Source: an uncultured candidatus Brocadiaceae bacterium (GTDB taxonomy: Bacteria > Planctomycetota > UBA11346). Taken from it: a DNA stretch of 64,000 nucleotides. Position 1 is the stretch's first letter; the number at the start of each line of letters is the position of its first letter. Position numbers and translations under genes: made by a program. The stretch lies in contig CAZZAM010000004.1 in assembly GCA_964652775.1 (NCBI GenBank), forward strand, positions 112,947 to 176,946. The letters are read 5' to 3'. The notes beneath the pieces are model-generated. The model did no database searches. It was not told the DNA's origin and saw nothing but the letters and a program-made list of their open reading frames with translations. Below are positions 8,962 through 18,148 of the stretch, piece by piece.

Positions 8962-10797
8962 ATGCCGCATCCCCAGAACCTGATCCGCAACTTCTGCATC
9001 ATCGCCCATATCGATCATGGTAAGTCGACGTTGGCCGAGCGTTTGCTCCAGGCGACTGGGGCAATGGCGGTCAAAGAGGACAAGGAGTTAGAGGTCCTCG
9101 ACAGCATGGATCTCGAGCGCGAGCGCGGAATCACGATCAAGGCCAAAGCGGTGTGCTTGTCCTACAAGCACGACGATGGCCAGATCTATCAACTCAACCT
9201 GATCGACACGCCGGGACACGTTGATTTCAGTTATGAAGTGACGCGCAGCCTCCAGGCGTGTGAGGGCTGCTTGCTGGTCGTCGATGCGTCGCAGGGGGTC
9301 CAGGCCCAGACCGTGGCGAATTACATGCTCGCCGACCACCTCAAACTCGCAGTGATTCCCGTTATCAATAAAATTGATCTGCCCAGTGCGCGACCGGATG
9401 TTGTGAAGGCCGAAATTGAAGAGAGCCTCGCGCATCCCGCCGACGATGCGATTTTGGCCAGCGCCAAGGCTGGCATCGGCATCGACGAGATTTTACGTTC
9501 GGTAGTCAAGCATGTGCCGTCACCGGTTGGTGATCGCACTGCTCCAGCCCAGGCGCTGATTTTCGATGCGATCTACGATGATTACCGTGGCATCATTCTG
9601 TACACACGGGTCAAGAACGGCGTCCTCAAGCGCGGTGATAAGATCCGTTTCATTCGCAGTGACCGCACGTTTGAGATTACCGATATCGGTCGCCTAGGGC
9701 CGAAGATGCAGAGTAGTGAAGACGGTCTGGCTGCTGGTGAGGTAGGCTATATCTGCGCTTCGATCAAGACCCTCCACGACGTCAAGGTTGGCGACACGAT
9801 TACTTTGGAATCGCGTCCGGCCGATCCGCTGCCCGGCTTCCGTGAAATGAAGCCGATGGTCTATTGCGGTCTGTATCCATCAGGCGAAACGACCTACGAT
9901 CAGTTGCGTGAAGCAGTCGAAAAACTGAGCCTCAATGATGCGTCCTTCGTCTGGCAGCCGGAAAGCGGAGGTGCGCTCGGCCACGGCTTCCGCTGCGGTT
10001 TTCTGGGCATGCTGCACATGGAAATTTGTCAGGAGCGCTTGGAGCGCGAGCACGATCTCGATATGGTGCAGACCGCACCGACCGTGACTTATCGAGTGAA
10101 CTTGCGTGGCATCATGTTCCCCGATGGTGTGTCAAAGGTCATCGATATCACCACACCCGGTGAATTGCCCAAAGACGGTTATGATTCGATTGAGGAACCC
10201 CTGGTCGAGATCCACTTCTTTGTGCCTGCTGACCGTATCGGCAGCTTGATGCAGTTGGTACAGGAACGACGCGGTGAGTTCCTTAGGCAGGAATATCTTG
10301 GTCAGCACCGCTGTCGTTTGACCTACAAGATGCCGCTTGCCGAAGTCATTTTCGATCTGTTTGACCGCCTGAAATCGGTGACCCAGGGTTACGGTACGAT
10401 GGACTATGAATTCGCCGGCTATCAGGTCGCTGATTTGGTGAAGGTGGACATCCTCGTCCATAACACGTCGTGTGAAGCGTTAGCGTTCATTTGCCACCGT
10501 ACGGTCGCGGAACGCCGTGGCCGTTCGATTATCAAGAGTCTCAAGGAAGAGATTCCCAAGCATCTTTTCGAGGTCGCCCTGCAAGCGGCGATCGGCACCC
10601 GCGTGGTTGCGCGTGAGACGATCAAGAGCTACGGAAAAAACGTGACAGCGAAGTGCTACGGCGGCGATATCTCACGTAAACGTAAGCTCCTCGAGAAACA
10701 GAAAGAGGGCAAGAAGCGTATGAAGATGGTCGGCAGCGTCGAGGTGCCACAGGAAGCGTTCATGGCAGTGCTCAAGAGTCGATCAGACGAGACCTGA
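8962..10797 (+). CDS. lepA: Elongation factor 4 (LepA) translational GTPase
   Basis: NFCIIAHIDHGKSTLAERLL G1 motif, LIDTPGHVDF, NKIDL, and a LepA-specific C-terminal region (ARETIKSYGKNVTAKCYGGDISRKRKLLEKQKEGKKRMK). The start is taken at the internal ATG (MPHPQNLIRNF), not the upstream track ORF start. Confidence 0.95.
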   Translation: MPHPQNLIRNFCIIAHIDHGKSTLAERLLQATGAMAVKEDKELEVLDSMDLERERGITIKAKAVCLSYKHDDGQIYQLNLIDTPGHVDFSYEVTRSLQACEGCLLVVDASQGVQAQTVANYMLADHLKLAVIPVINKIDLPSARPDVVKAEIEESLAHPADDAILASAKAGIGIDEILRSVVKHVPSPVGDRTAPAQALIFDAIYDDYRGIILYTRVKNGVLKRGDKIRFIRSDRTFEITDIGRLGPKMQSSEDGLAAGEVGYICASIKTLHDVKVGDTITLESRPADPLPGFREMKPMVYCGLYPSGETTYDQLREAVEKLSLNDASFVWQPESGGALGHGFRCGFLGMLHMEICQERLEREHDLDMVQTAPTVTYRVNLRGIMFPDGVSKVIDITTPGELPKDGYDSIEEPLVEIHFFVPADRIGSLMQLVQERRGEFLRQEYLGQHRCRLTYKMPLAEVIFDLFDRLKSVTQGYGTMDYEFAGYQVADLVKVDILVHNTSCEALAFICHRTVAERRGRSIIKSLKEEIPKHLFEVALQAAIGTRVVARETIKSYGKNVTAKCYGGDISRKRKLLEKQKEGKKRMKMVGSVEVPQEAFMAVLKSRSDET

Positions 10798-10798
10798 A

Positions 10799-12031
10799 TC
10801 AGCGTGTTGGTGCTAAGCGGGTGGCGAGATGAAACCCGATAACGCCAGGAACTAATAGTCCATCGCGCAGTGGAACCCGATATAAGGCGGGATCAGGAAT
10901 ACGTTTTGTGCCCCAGGCGCCGTAGAAAAGGTGATCAACACCATGGTGCCGGACCACCGCGCAGCCGGTGAGAAGACCGTAGGCTTCGGAGGCTGCTGTT
11001 GTATCGCGGGTTAAATCGAGGGATCTGTAATTGGGTTTCCAGATCAGGCCATCGTCCGATATGGCATGCCAGAATCCATAGGTCGAGAACCAGTCGGTGG
11101 GAATGCGCTGGCGTTCGACTACGCTATCATTGCGAAACCACATGTCGAACCGACGCAGTTTGGCGTCGTACACGACGGCTGGCTGCTCACCGCCACCGAG
11201 TTCGCCGGTCTTGAACAAACTTGGCAGCGGGTTCACGGTTGGGAGGGTCAGATTCCAGCCGTTGTTGGTGTGCGCATAGCCGATACCAAAGCCGAGGGGA
11301 CTGCGCGCCGCCGTTTCGGCATAACAGGTAAAATAGAGATGGATGCGACCATCCTTGATTACCGCGTCGGGATCGGCGACGGCACCATCAGCAAACCCGG
11401 CCATTGCGTGGAACGCCTGTGGTGCCGTCAGGATTAGACCGGCTTTGCCCTCCAGGCCCGGATGATGCCGGACGAACGTGCGGCCATCTGAGCTCCAGGC
11501 CAAGCCAATCGAATAGTATGGCGTGCCACGTCGGTCGGGACGTCTGGCGGCGGTATCGGTCTCGCGATTGCCGCCTGAGTAGAACATGAGGAAGCGTCGG
11601 TCGGGTTGGGCGCGCGGGTCTGGATTGCGAATGACCGATGGTGTTTCGACCTGTGTGTAGTCCCAATCGCCTGGATTGAGCCGCGATATGAGGACTGGCT
11701 TTTCCTGCGGAGTCCAGTGTACGGCATCACGACTTTCGGCGTATTTTATGACGATGCGGCCCTGGGTTCCAGGTGCGCTGGTATCCCAAATCGATGTTGA
11801 ATACCAGGCCTTCCAGAGATTGTCGCTATCGTCGTAGAGGACACAGGGATCGGCTATCGCCAACTCGTAGGTGGTCCGTGGTGCGGTGTGTTTGATGGGA
11901 ACCAGCAGTGGATTCATGGCGGACCGTTGCCACGTACAGGGTGTCGCGCTGACAGTGGTTTCCTCCACTGCCATGAGTGGCCATGCGGAAATGGAGGCAA
12001 CGAAGACGAGTATGGTAGGTAGCACGTTCAT
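10799..12031 (-). CDS. Secreted glycoside-hydrolase-like five-bladed beta-propeller protein (GH43/GH130-like)
   Basis: Signal peptide MNVLPTILVFVASISAWPLMA, then IADPCVLYDDSDNLWKAWYS and repeated Asp/Trp-containing blades resembling GH43-superfamily propellers. The family is uncertain without a search. The stop lies 1 nt from the convergent lepA stop. Confidence 0.55.
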   Translation of the reverse strand: MNVLPTILVFVASISAWPLMAVEETTVSATPCTWQRSAMNPLLVPIKHTAPRTTYELAIADPCVLYDDSDNLWKAWYSTSIWDTSAPGTQGRIVIKYAESRDAVHWTPQEKPVLISRLNPGDWDYTQVETPSVIRNPDPRAQPDRRFLMFYSGGNRETDTAARRPDRRGTPYYSIGLAWSSDGRTFVRHHPGLEGKAGLILTAPQAFHAMAGFADGAVADPDAVIKDGRIHLYFTCYAETAARSPLGFGIGYAHTNNGWNLTLPTVNPLPSLFKTGELGGGEQPAVVYDAKLRRFDMWFRNDSVVERQRIPTDWFSTYGFWHAISDDGLIWKPNYRSLDLTRDTTAASEAYGLLTGCAVVRHHGVDHLFYGAWGTKRIPDPALYRVPLRDGLLVPGVIGFHLATRLAPTR

Positions 12032-12130
12032 AGTCCTTCTACGCAGTGTACGTAGGATCGTTACCGCGCAGGCGATGGCGATGCTGGGGCTGTGCTGTAT
12101 GGCGAGGTTGGATGCGTCGGCCCAGTTGCT

Positions 12131-13240
12131 ATGGTTTTGGCCGAGGCCGACATGATCACTGGACGGGTCGCCTATCTCTGCGCGTTCGATATCGCTCACG
12201 ATGTTCCGCGTCCGTGGCCGACACGACTGCTGGGCTGCGATCTCAAGCCGTGGAAGATCGAATCGGGCAAACGTGTGCCGCGTACGTTGTCTTTTGATCG
12301 TCCGTTGTCGGCGGTGTTGCCGAATGCGAGTCGTCGTCTTGCCAATGGCGAGATGATCCAGATCGATCGCGTGGTGCGCTTGCTGCCGATTGGGGCGTTG
12401 TCAGTCGTGGTACTGGTGCCATTCCGCGTCGAACAGCTGTCAGACCTCGTCGTCTGGCACGACCTGTCTTTGGATGGGCGTCCGGTCTATGACGAAATTA
12501 CCGCCCTCGCCACCGAGGCGCTGAGCGAACTGCGACCGCATCTTATCCGACCAGTCGAGCGTCTGGAAGACGGAGAGGCGTACACGGTCTTCTGCGTTGA
12601 TTCCGCTAGTATGGGCGGATTTGATGGTCCCCCGTGGCTGGAAACCAACCGCCGGATGGTGGCGTCATTGCTGACCCAAGAAGAAAACGAAGAGGCGCTC
12701 TCGAGTGCTGAGGTTGATGAATCGACGACGCGATGGGTGAGTTACTATCGCCGTGATCTAACGGTGGTCGATTGGGATGCGGCATTGCTCGTTGATGAAG
12801 CGCCGGCTCTGGATGACGCTCTGCTGGTGCTGGAAGTTGCCAACGTCGAATTAACCGAGCTAGAATGTTACGATCGCATGCTCGATCGCGCTGTTGCGCA
12901 TTGTTATCCAGATATTGGTGGCAGCTGGACGCGATCACGTGGCGAGGTCGTTCGTGAGCTAGGCGAGATCAGCGTCGATCTGGCGCGCATGCAGGACGAG
13001 CTCGAGAACGCCAGTAAGTTTCATGGTGACTTTCACCTCGCTCGTATCCATCGTTTAGCTACTGAACGGTTTCACCTACACGACTGGCAACATACCGTCG
13101 AATCGAAGCTCCGGACCGTCGATGGCATCTATCAACATCTCAAGAGTGATCTCAATGCGCGCTGGATGCTGGTGCTGGAAATCGCGATTGTTTTGCTGTT
13201 TATCATTGACGTGATCCTGATCTTTGCCGGGCCTCGGTGA
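12131..13240 (+). CDS. Hypothetical protein with C-terminal transmembrane anchor
   Basis: Long ORF with an acidic central region and a terminal hydrophobic helix (WMLVLEIAIVLLFIIDVILIFAG). The start is ambiguous (GTG 12092, ATG 12131 or ATG 12152). Confidence 0.45.
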   Translation: MVLAEADMITGRVAYLCAFDIAHDVPRPWPTRLLGCDLKPWKIESGKRVPRTLSFDRPLSAVLPNASRRLANGEMIQIDRVVRLLPIGALSVVVLVPFRVEQLSDLVVWHDLSLDGRPVYDEITALATEALSELRPHLIRPVERLEDGEAYTVFCVDSASMGGFDGPPWLETNRRMVASLLTQEENEEALSSAEVDESTTRWVSYYRRDLTVVDWDAALLVDEAPALDDALLVLEVANVELTELECYDRMLDRAVAHCYPDIGGSWTRSRGEVVRELGEISVDLARMQDELENASKFHGDFHLARIHRLATERFHLHDWQHTVESKLRTVDGIYQHLKSDLNARWMLVLEIAIVLLFIIDVILIFAGPR

Positions 13241-13278
13241 CGTGGTTGCCTAGACTGACTTGGCACTAGCCTGCGCGT

Positions 13279-14691
13279 ATGCGCATCAGTGTTTCGGCGA
13301 AGCTGCCCTCCAAGATCCAAGCCCAGGTATGGTTCTTGCTGCCAGGGGGGAAAGGACCGCCTGGAATTGCCGAGCCGTTGCGTGAGGCGTTGAACGAACG
13401 GTTGCAACACAGCCCGTGTGCCGTTTTGCCAAGCTTGGGATTAGCGCCAACCCCATTCGTTGCTTTGGTAAAAATGCCGAACTGGTCGGATGCTGTCGAA
13501 TGCAGGCGTCGTGGGGGTGCGATCGCCCGCCTGCTTGCCGCTGAACGTTGTGTTTCCGCTGCGCTGCATGTACCGACAGGATCGGAACCAGCCAAGATTG
13601 AACCGTTATTAATCGGTTTCGATCAGGGTTCATATGCGTGGGATCGCTACCAGGCTAAACCAACGACTCGGGTCACTGAATTGACGCTGATTGCGCCGGG
13701 TGGCTGGATCGCGGTTGCAAAATCTGCCACGGTAATGGCAGGTTGGATCGCCATGTGCCGTGATCTCATCAACGCTCCGGCGGCAGATCTGGGGCCGGAT
13801 GAATTTGAAGCCGAGGCGCGGTGGGTAGCCAAAAACACCGGTCTACGCCTGCGTGTTCTCGACGAGGATGCATGTGCTCGTTTTGGCATGGGTTGTCTGT
13901 TGGCCGTTGGTCGTGCCAGTCCGCGGCGGCCGCGCATGCTCGTGCTCGAGCTTCCGGGAACGAAATCAGCCCAGCCGCTTGCGTTGTGTGGTAAAGGCGT
14001 CTGTTTCGATACGGGTGGTCTCAACATCAAACCGGCTGACGGCATGCTGCTCATGCGCAAAGATATGGGCGGGGCAGCCACGGTGCTGTGTGCTCTGGCC
14101 GCTGCAGCAGCTCATGGTCGTCCGACGCGCACGGTTCGCGCGTACCTGCCATTAGTTGAAAACTCCATTTCGGGTAATGCCTTCCGTCCTGGCGACGTGC
14201 TCAAAGCCATGGATGGAACCACCGTGGAGATTGCCAATACCGATGCGGAAGGGCGATTGATCTTGGCCGATGCTGTGTGTTTGGCGCGCAAAGAAGGGGC
14301 TGGAACGATCATCAGCGTTGCGACGCTCACGGGTGCCGCCATGACCGCCTTGGGGCGTATTCATGTTCCGCTGATGACGAGTGATGACGGATTGGCTCAA
14401 AGCCTGTTGGCATCGGCACTGAAGACGGGCGAAAAAATGTGGCGTTTGCCAATGGATGCTGAGCACCGCGCTTTGAATCGTGGCCAGGTTGCCCAGTTGA
14501 CGAATGCGCCGTCTGGCGGTGAGGCTGGATGCATCACTGCGGGTGCATTTGTTGCTCATTTTGCCGGCGATGTGCCATTCGCCCATCTAGATATTTCCCC
14601 GACCTGTTGGATGGCGAAAGCCTGGGAATTGGGTCCGGTTGGTGCTACTGGCACGGCTGTAACAACACTCACCGACCGAATCCTGGAGTAG
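13279..14691 (+). CDS. pepA: Leucyl aminopeptidase (M17 family)
   Basis: M17 signature NTDAEGRLILADAVCLA, GKGVCFDTGGLNIKP, MRKDMGGAA. 470 aa. Confidence 0.85.
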   Translation: MRISVSAKLPSKIQAQVWFLLPGGKGPPGIAEPLREALNERLQHSPCAVLPSLGLAPTPFVALVKMPNWSDAVECRRRGGAIARLLAAERCVSAALHVPTGSEPAKIEPLLIGFDQGSYAWDRYQAKPTTRVTELTLIAPGGWIAVAKSATVMAGWIAMCRDLINAPAADLGPDEFEAEARWVAKNTGLRLRVLDEDACARFGMGCLLAVGRASPRRPRMLVLELPGTKSAQPLALCGKGVCFDTGGLNIKPADGMLLMRKDMGGAATVLCALAAAAAHGRPTRTVRAYLPLVENSISGNAFRPGDVLKAMDGTTVEIANTDAEGRLILADAVCLARKEGAGTIISVATLTGAAMTALGRIHVPLMTSDDGLAQSLLASALKTGEKMWRLPMDAEHRALNRGQVAQLTNAPSGGEAGCITAGAFVAHFAGDVPFAHLDISPTCWMAKAWELGPVGATGTAVTTLTDRILE

Positions 14692-14693
14692 TC

Positions 14694-15311
14694 ATGACAG
14701 TTCGGGTCAAGGTATGTGGTTTCACGCGGGCTGAGGACGTGCAGGCAGCGCTCGACGCTGGTGTCGATGCCATCGGTTTGAACTTAGCACGCGGCCCGCG
14801 ACGGATCGAACTTGGGCATGCGGCGGGATTAGCGGCGCTGGTTCCACCGCTGGTGACTGCGGTGGCGTTGTTTGTCGATGCCACCGAAGATGCTATTTTA
14901 CAAGCGATGCGGGTTACGCGTTGCTCTGCCGTACAATTGCACGGTGACGAGCCGGCTGAACTTGCCGAGCGCCTCCGTGAGTGGTATCCGGTCATCAAAG
15001 CTTTCCGCGTAGGCAGCGCAGCCGATGTCCTGCGCATCCGTGGTTACCCAGCCGATGCGTATCTGTTGGATGCTCAAGTGACGGGTCTGCATGGAGGTAC
15101 TGGAGTTGGTTGGGATCACCGCTGGTTGGACGGGATTGATCTCGGAGCGCCGATCGTGCTGGCTGGTGGTCTGACACCGGTCAATATTGGCGCTGCAGTT
15201 GCTGCGGTGCGACCGTGGGCAGTCGACGTTGCATCGGGAGTTGAGAGTGCTGCGGGGATTAAAGATGCCGACGCCGTACGTCGGTTTATCGCCGCTGCGC
15301 GATCGGCCTGA
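14694..15311 (+). CDS. trpF: Phosphoribosylanthranilate isomerase
   Basis: MTVRVKVCGFTRAEDVQAALDAGVDAIGLN... TIM-barrel PRAI N-terminal motif (KxCG). ~205 aa; the ATG lies 3 nt after the pepA stop. Confidence 0.8.
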   Translation: MTVRVKVCGFTRAEDVQAALDAGVDAIGLNLARGPRRIELGHAAGLAALVPPLVTAVALFVDATEDAILQAMRVTRCSAVQLHGDEPAELAERLREWYPVIKAFRVGSAADVLRIRGYPADAYLLDAQVTGLHGGTGVGWDHRWLDGIDLGAPIVLAGGLTPVNIGAAVAAVRPWAVDVASGVESAAGIKDADAVRRFIAAARSA

Positions 15312-15345
15312 CTCGGTCCGATGCAATCGATACAGTCGCCTCCTC

Positions 15346-16428
15346 CTATTCCCCGAGACAAATCCCCAAATCCCGTGCCGTGGCAACCGTATCGCCATCG
15401 AGTGGGACGCTCTTCATGACGCTGATCGCCATCTTGATCGGTATGGCTTCCATGCGTGAGGGGGTGAAGCCGACCATGCAGCCGAATTTCTTTTCTTCGA
15501 CCATGCGGATGGCGGCGGCGCCGTAGCGCAGGGCGATGAGGCGATCGAAGGTGGTTGGGCTGCCGCCGCGTTGCAGATGGCCCAGGACGAGCGAGCGGGT
15601 CTCGATGCCGGTACGTTCGTTGATGGCTTTGGCAACTTGTTCAGCGATGCCGCCGAGGCGGACTTCGCGGCCGAGCTCGGTGCCGACGGTTGCCATCGAT
15701 CCACCGACCGGAGTTGCGCCTTCGGCGACGATGACCAGGCCCCAGCGTCGTTTGGTGGCGTAGCGGTGTTCGAGTGACTTGCAGACCGCGTCGATGCTGA
15801 AGGGGATCTCGGGCATGAGAATGACATGCGCGTTGCCGGCGATGCCGGAATGCAGGGCGATCCAACCGGCGTAGCGGCCCATCACTTCGACGACGAAGAC
15901 GCGTTCGTGGGCTTCGGCGGTCGAGGTCAGTCGATCGATGGCTTCGGTGGCGACGGATACGGCGGAGTCGAAACCGAAGGTGACGGTGGTGCACGACACG
16001 TCGTTGTCGATCGTCTTTGGCACGCAGACCACGGGCATGCCTTTTTCGACGAAGCGCTGCGCGATCCGCATACTGCCGTCGCCACCAACCGCGATTAGGG
16101 CGTCGGCGCCGGTAGCTTTGAAGCGATCGATGACGCGGTCACTAATGTCGGCGAGAATCGTTTTGCCGTCCGGTGTGGCTGATGGATATTCGAAAGGATT
16201 ACCCTTGTTGATGGTGCCCAGCATGGTGCCGCCCATAGCCGCGATGCCGCGCACCGACTCACGCGACAACGGGATGAGGCCACCGGGTTCGTCCGAGAGC
16301 AGACCGCTGTAGCCCTTGCGGATGCCGGTGACTTTCCAGCCTCGACGGATCGCCGACAGCGTGGCGGCACGGATGACGGCGTTGAGGCCAGGGGCGTCGC
16401 CGCCGCCGGTATTGATCATGATGTGCAT
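15346..16428 (-). CDS. pfkA: 6-phosphofructokinase (PfkA family; ATP- or PPi-dependent not resolvable)
   Basis: MINTGGGDAPGLNAVIRAA, GGDGS, MGRYAGWIALHSGIAG, PKTIDND are canonical PFK motifs. Confidence 0.9.
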   Translation of the reverse strand: MHIMINTGGGDAPGLNAVIRAATLSAIRRGWKVTGIRKGYSGLLSDEPGGLIPLSRESVRGIAAMGGTMLGTINKGNPFEYPSATPDGKTILADISDRVIDRFKATGADALIAVGGDGSMRIAQRFVEKGMPVVCVPKTIDNDVSCTTVTFGFDSAVSVATEAIDRLTSTAEAHERVFVVEVMGRYAGWIALHSGIAGNAHVILMPEIPFSIDAVCKSLEHRYATKRRWGLVIVAEGATPVGGSMATVGTELGREVRLGGIAEQVAKAINERTGIETRSLVLGHLQRGGSPTTFDRLIALRYGAAAIRMVEEKKFGCMVGFTPSRMEAIPIKMAISVMKSVPLDGDTVATARDLGICLGE

Positions 16429-16742
16429 GTGCGATGGTTACTCGTAGAGTACAAAACCTGCAGGTGGTTGCGGAGTTCTGTTTGGGTGATGATACGGTGC
16501 GCGTTCTTGGTTAGCACAGGATCCGTGCGCATACAGGCTTGGCAGTATGTGAGTGGCAAGCAGTCCGCCAAGAGGTCGGTGTCAGGACGGATGAGCGTTG
16601 GGTGGCCAACTGCCTGTGGACAGTACGGCATGACCGTGATCAATGCAGTCATGCGGACGCCGGAACATCCACTATCGCATCGTATGGCCTGGTTCATGTA
16701 TCGCAGCGGGCTAGTACGATCTGCGTTTATACGGATTCTTGC

Positions 16743-17978
16743 ATGCGCATAGCCTGGATTGCTGCTGGTGCCGGCCGCCTCTGGTGCGGAGCCTGTGCCC
16801 GCGACCTAGCCCTCGTGCGGGCGCTGACGGCTGTTGGCCATGAAGTCACCGTCATTCCCGTGTATTTGCCGCTGCGAACAGAGGGTGTTGATCCGAGTGC
16901 GGGGCAGCCGGTGATCTCCGGCGGGTTAGGAACCTGGCTACGTGAGCAGATGCCGCTGTACGATCGTTTGCCTCACTGGATTCATCGACTGCTGGCGGAG
17001 CGTGCTGTTTTGCGCGCTGTTTCTGCCTATGCAGGCGCGACCCAGCCAACGAAATTAGGACGGCTAACCGTCTCCATGTTGGAGGGCATGCACGGTCGGC
17101 AACGTGCTGGGGTGGATGAGTTGGTTGAGCATCTGCTGACGTTGCGACCCGAACGCATCCATCTCAGCAATAGTCTACTGCTCGGTTACGCGCCGACGTT
17201 ACGTGAACGTCTTGGTGTTCCGGTGGACTGTTCACTTCAAGGCGAAGAGGTTTTTGTTCACGACCTTGGTTCGCCGTGGTCAGCGCAGGCTCAGCAGTTG
17301 ATGCAGCTACATGCAGGCGCCATAGCGCGTTTTTGGTCGCCGCATCCGCGTCACGCTGCGGCCATGTCGGCGTGGCTGAGTGTCCCGCGTGACCGGATCA
17401 GCATCGTGCCACCAAGTGTCGAGCTCACGCAGCCGAGCGGAGTGGCCAGGCCACCGTCTGCCATCATCGGCCACCTCGGCGTGATGATCTGGAAGAAGGG
17501 GGCGGATGTGCTCGCGGCGGCGGCGCGGCAGTTGCCATCGCCTTGTCGCCTGCGCTTTGCAGGCCAAGAACCCGATCGTCGCTACGCACGCAGTCTGCGT
17601 CGCAGCTGTGCTGGACTCAGCGTCGAGTTTTTGGGTGAATTGTCTCCAGCAGCCAAGCGGCGGTTCTTTGCCGACTGCCGCATCGTGGTGATTGGTAGTC
17701 GTCATCCCGAAGAGCGTGGGATGGTGGCGCTCGAAGCTTTGGCTATGGGTGTGCCGGTGATTGCGCCACATGCCGGCATCATGCCTGACCTCGTGGCCAG
17801 CGGTGCGCTGCGGACGTATCGTCCCAGTGATGCCAAGGATCTCGCCCGGGTGTTGGCGACGGCGTTGGCCGATCCTGAATTGGATGCTCAGGTGTTGGCG
17901 GCACCGGATTGGATCGCGGCTCATCATGGACCAACCGTGGCGGCAGCGGCAGCGAGTGCGGCGTTGGGCAGAAATTAG
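16743..17978 (+). CDS. Glycosyltransferase family 4 (GT-B fold)
   Basis: C-terminal GT1/GT4 donor-binding motif VIGSRHPEERGMVALEALAMGVPVIAP (E-x7-E region). The start is taken at the internal ATG (MRIAWIAAGAG). Confidence 0.7.
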   Translation: MRIAWIAAGAGRLWCGACARDLALVRALTAVGHEVTVIPVYLPLRTEGVDPSAGQPVISGGLGTWLREQMPLYDRLPHWIHRLLAERAVLRAVSAYAGATQPTKLGRLTVSMLEGMHGRQRAGVDELVEHLLTLRPERIHLSNSLLLGYAPTLRERLGVPVDCSLQGEEVFVHDLGSPWSAQAQQLMQLHAGAIARFWSPHPRHAAAMSAWLSVPRDRISIVPPSVELTQPSGVARPPSAIIGHLGVMIWKKGADVLAAAARQLPSPCRLRFAGQEPDRRYARSLRRSCAGLSVEFLGELSPAAKRRFFADCRIVVIGSRHPEERGMVALEALAMGVPVIAPHAGIMPDLVASGALRTYRPSDAKDLARVLATALADPELDAQVLAAPDWIAAHHGPTVAAAAASAALGRN

Positions 17979-18148
17979 AAATGAGAAGGAAGAAGGAAGG
18001 AATCGCTAGCAAAGCAACCAAACGCGTTTTCGTCCTTAATCCTTCATCATTTCGCCCCAACTCGCATGGTCCACGTAGGCTTAGACTAGCTTGCTACTAA
18101 GGGGTTGTTTGCCTCGTTGTGCGGTAAATAATTCCGTGGGGTAATCAC

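Noticed and set aside
15414-15994. Minus-strand ORFs (137 aa and 117 aa) inside the pfk gene region
   Set aside because: They lie in different frames of the pfk coding sequence, whose own frame carries canonical PFK motifs. The alternate frames give Arg/Ser/Pro-rich translations typical of high-GC out-of-frame noise.
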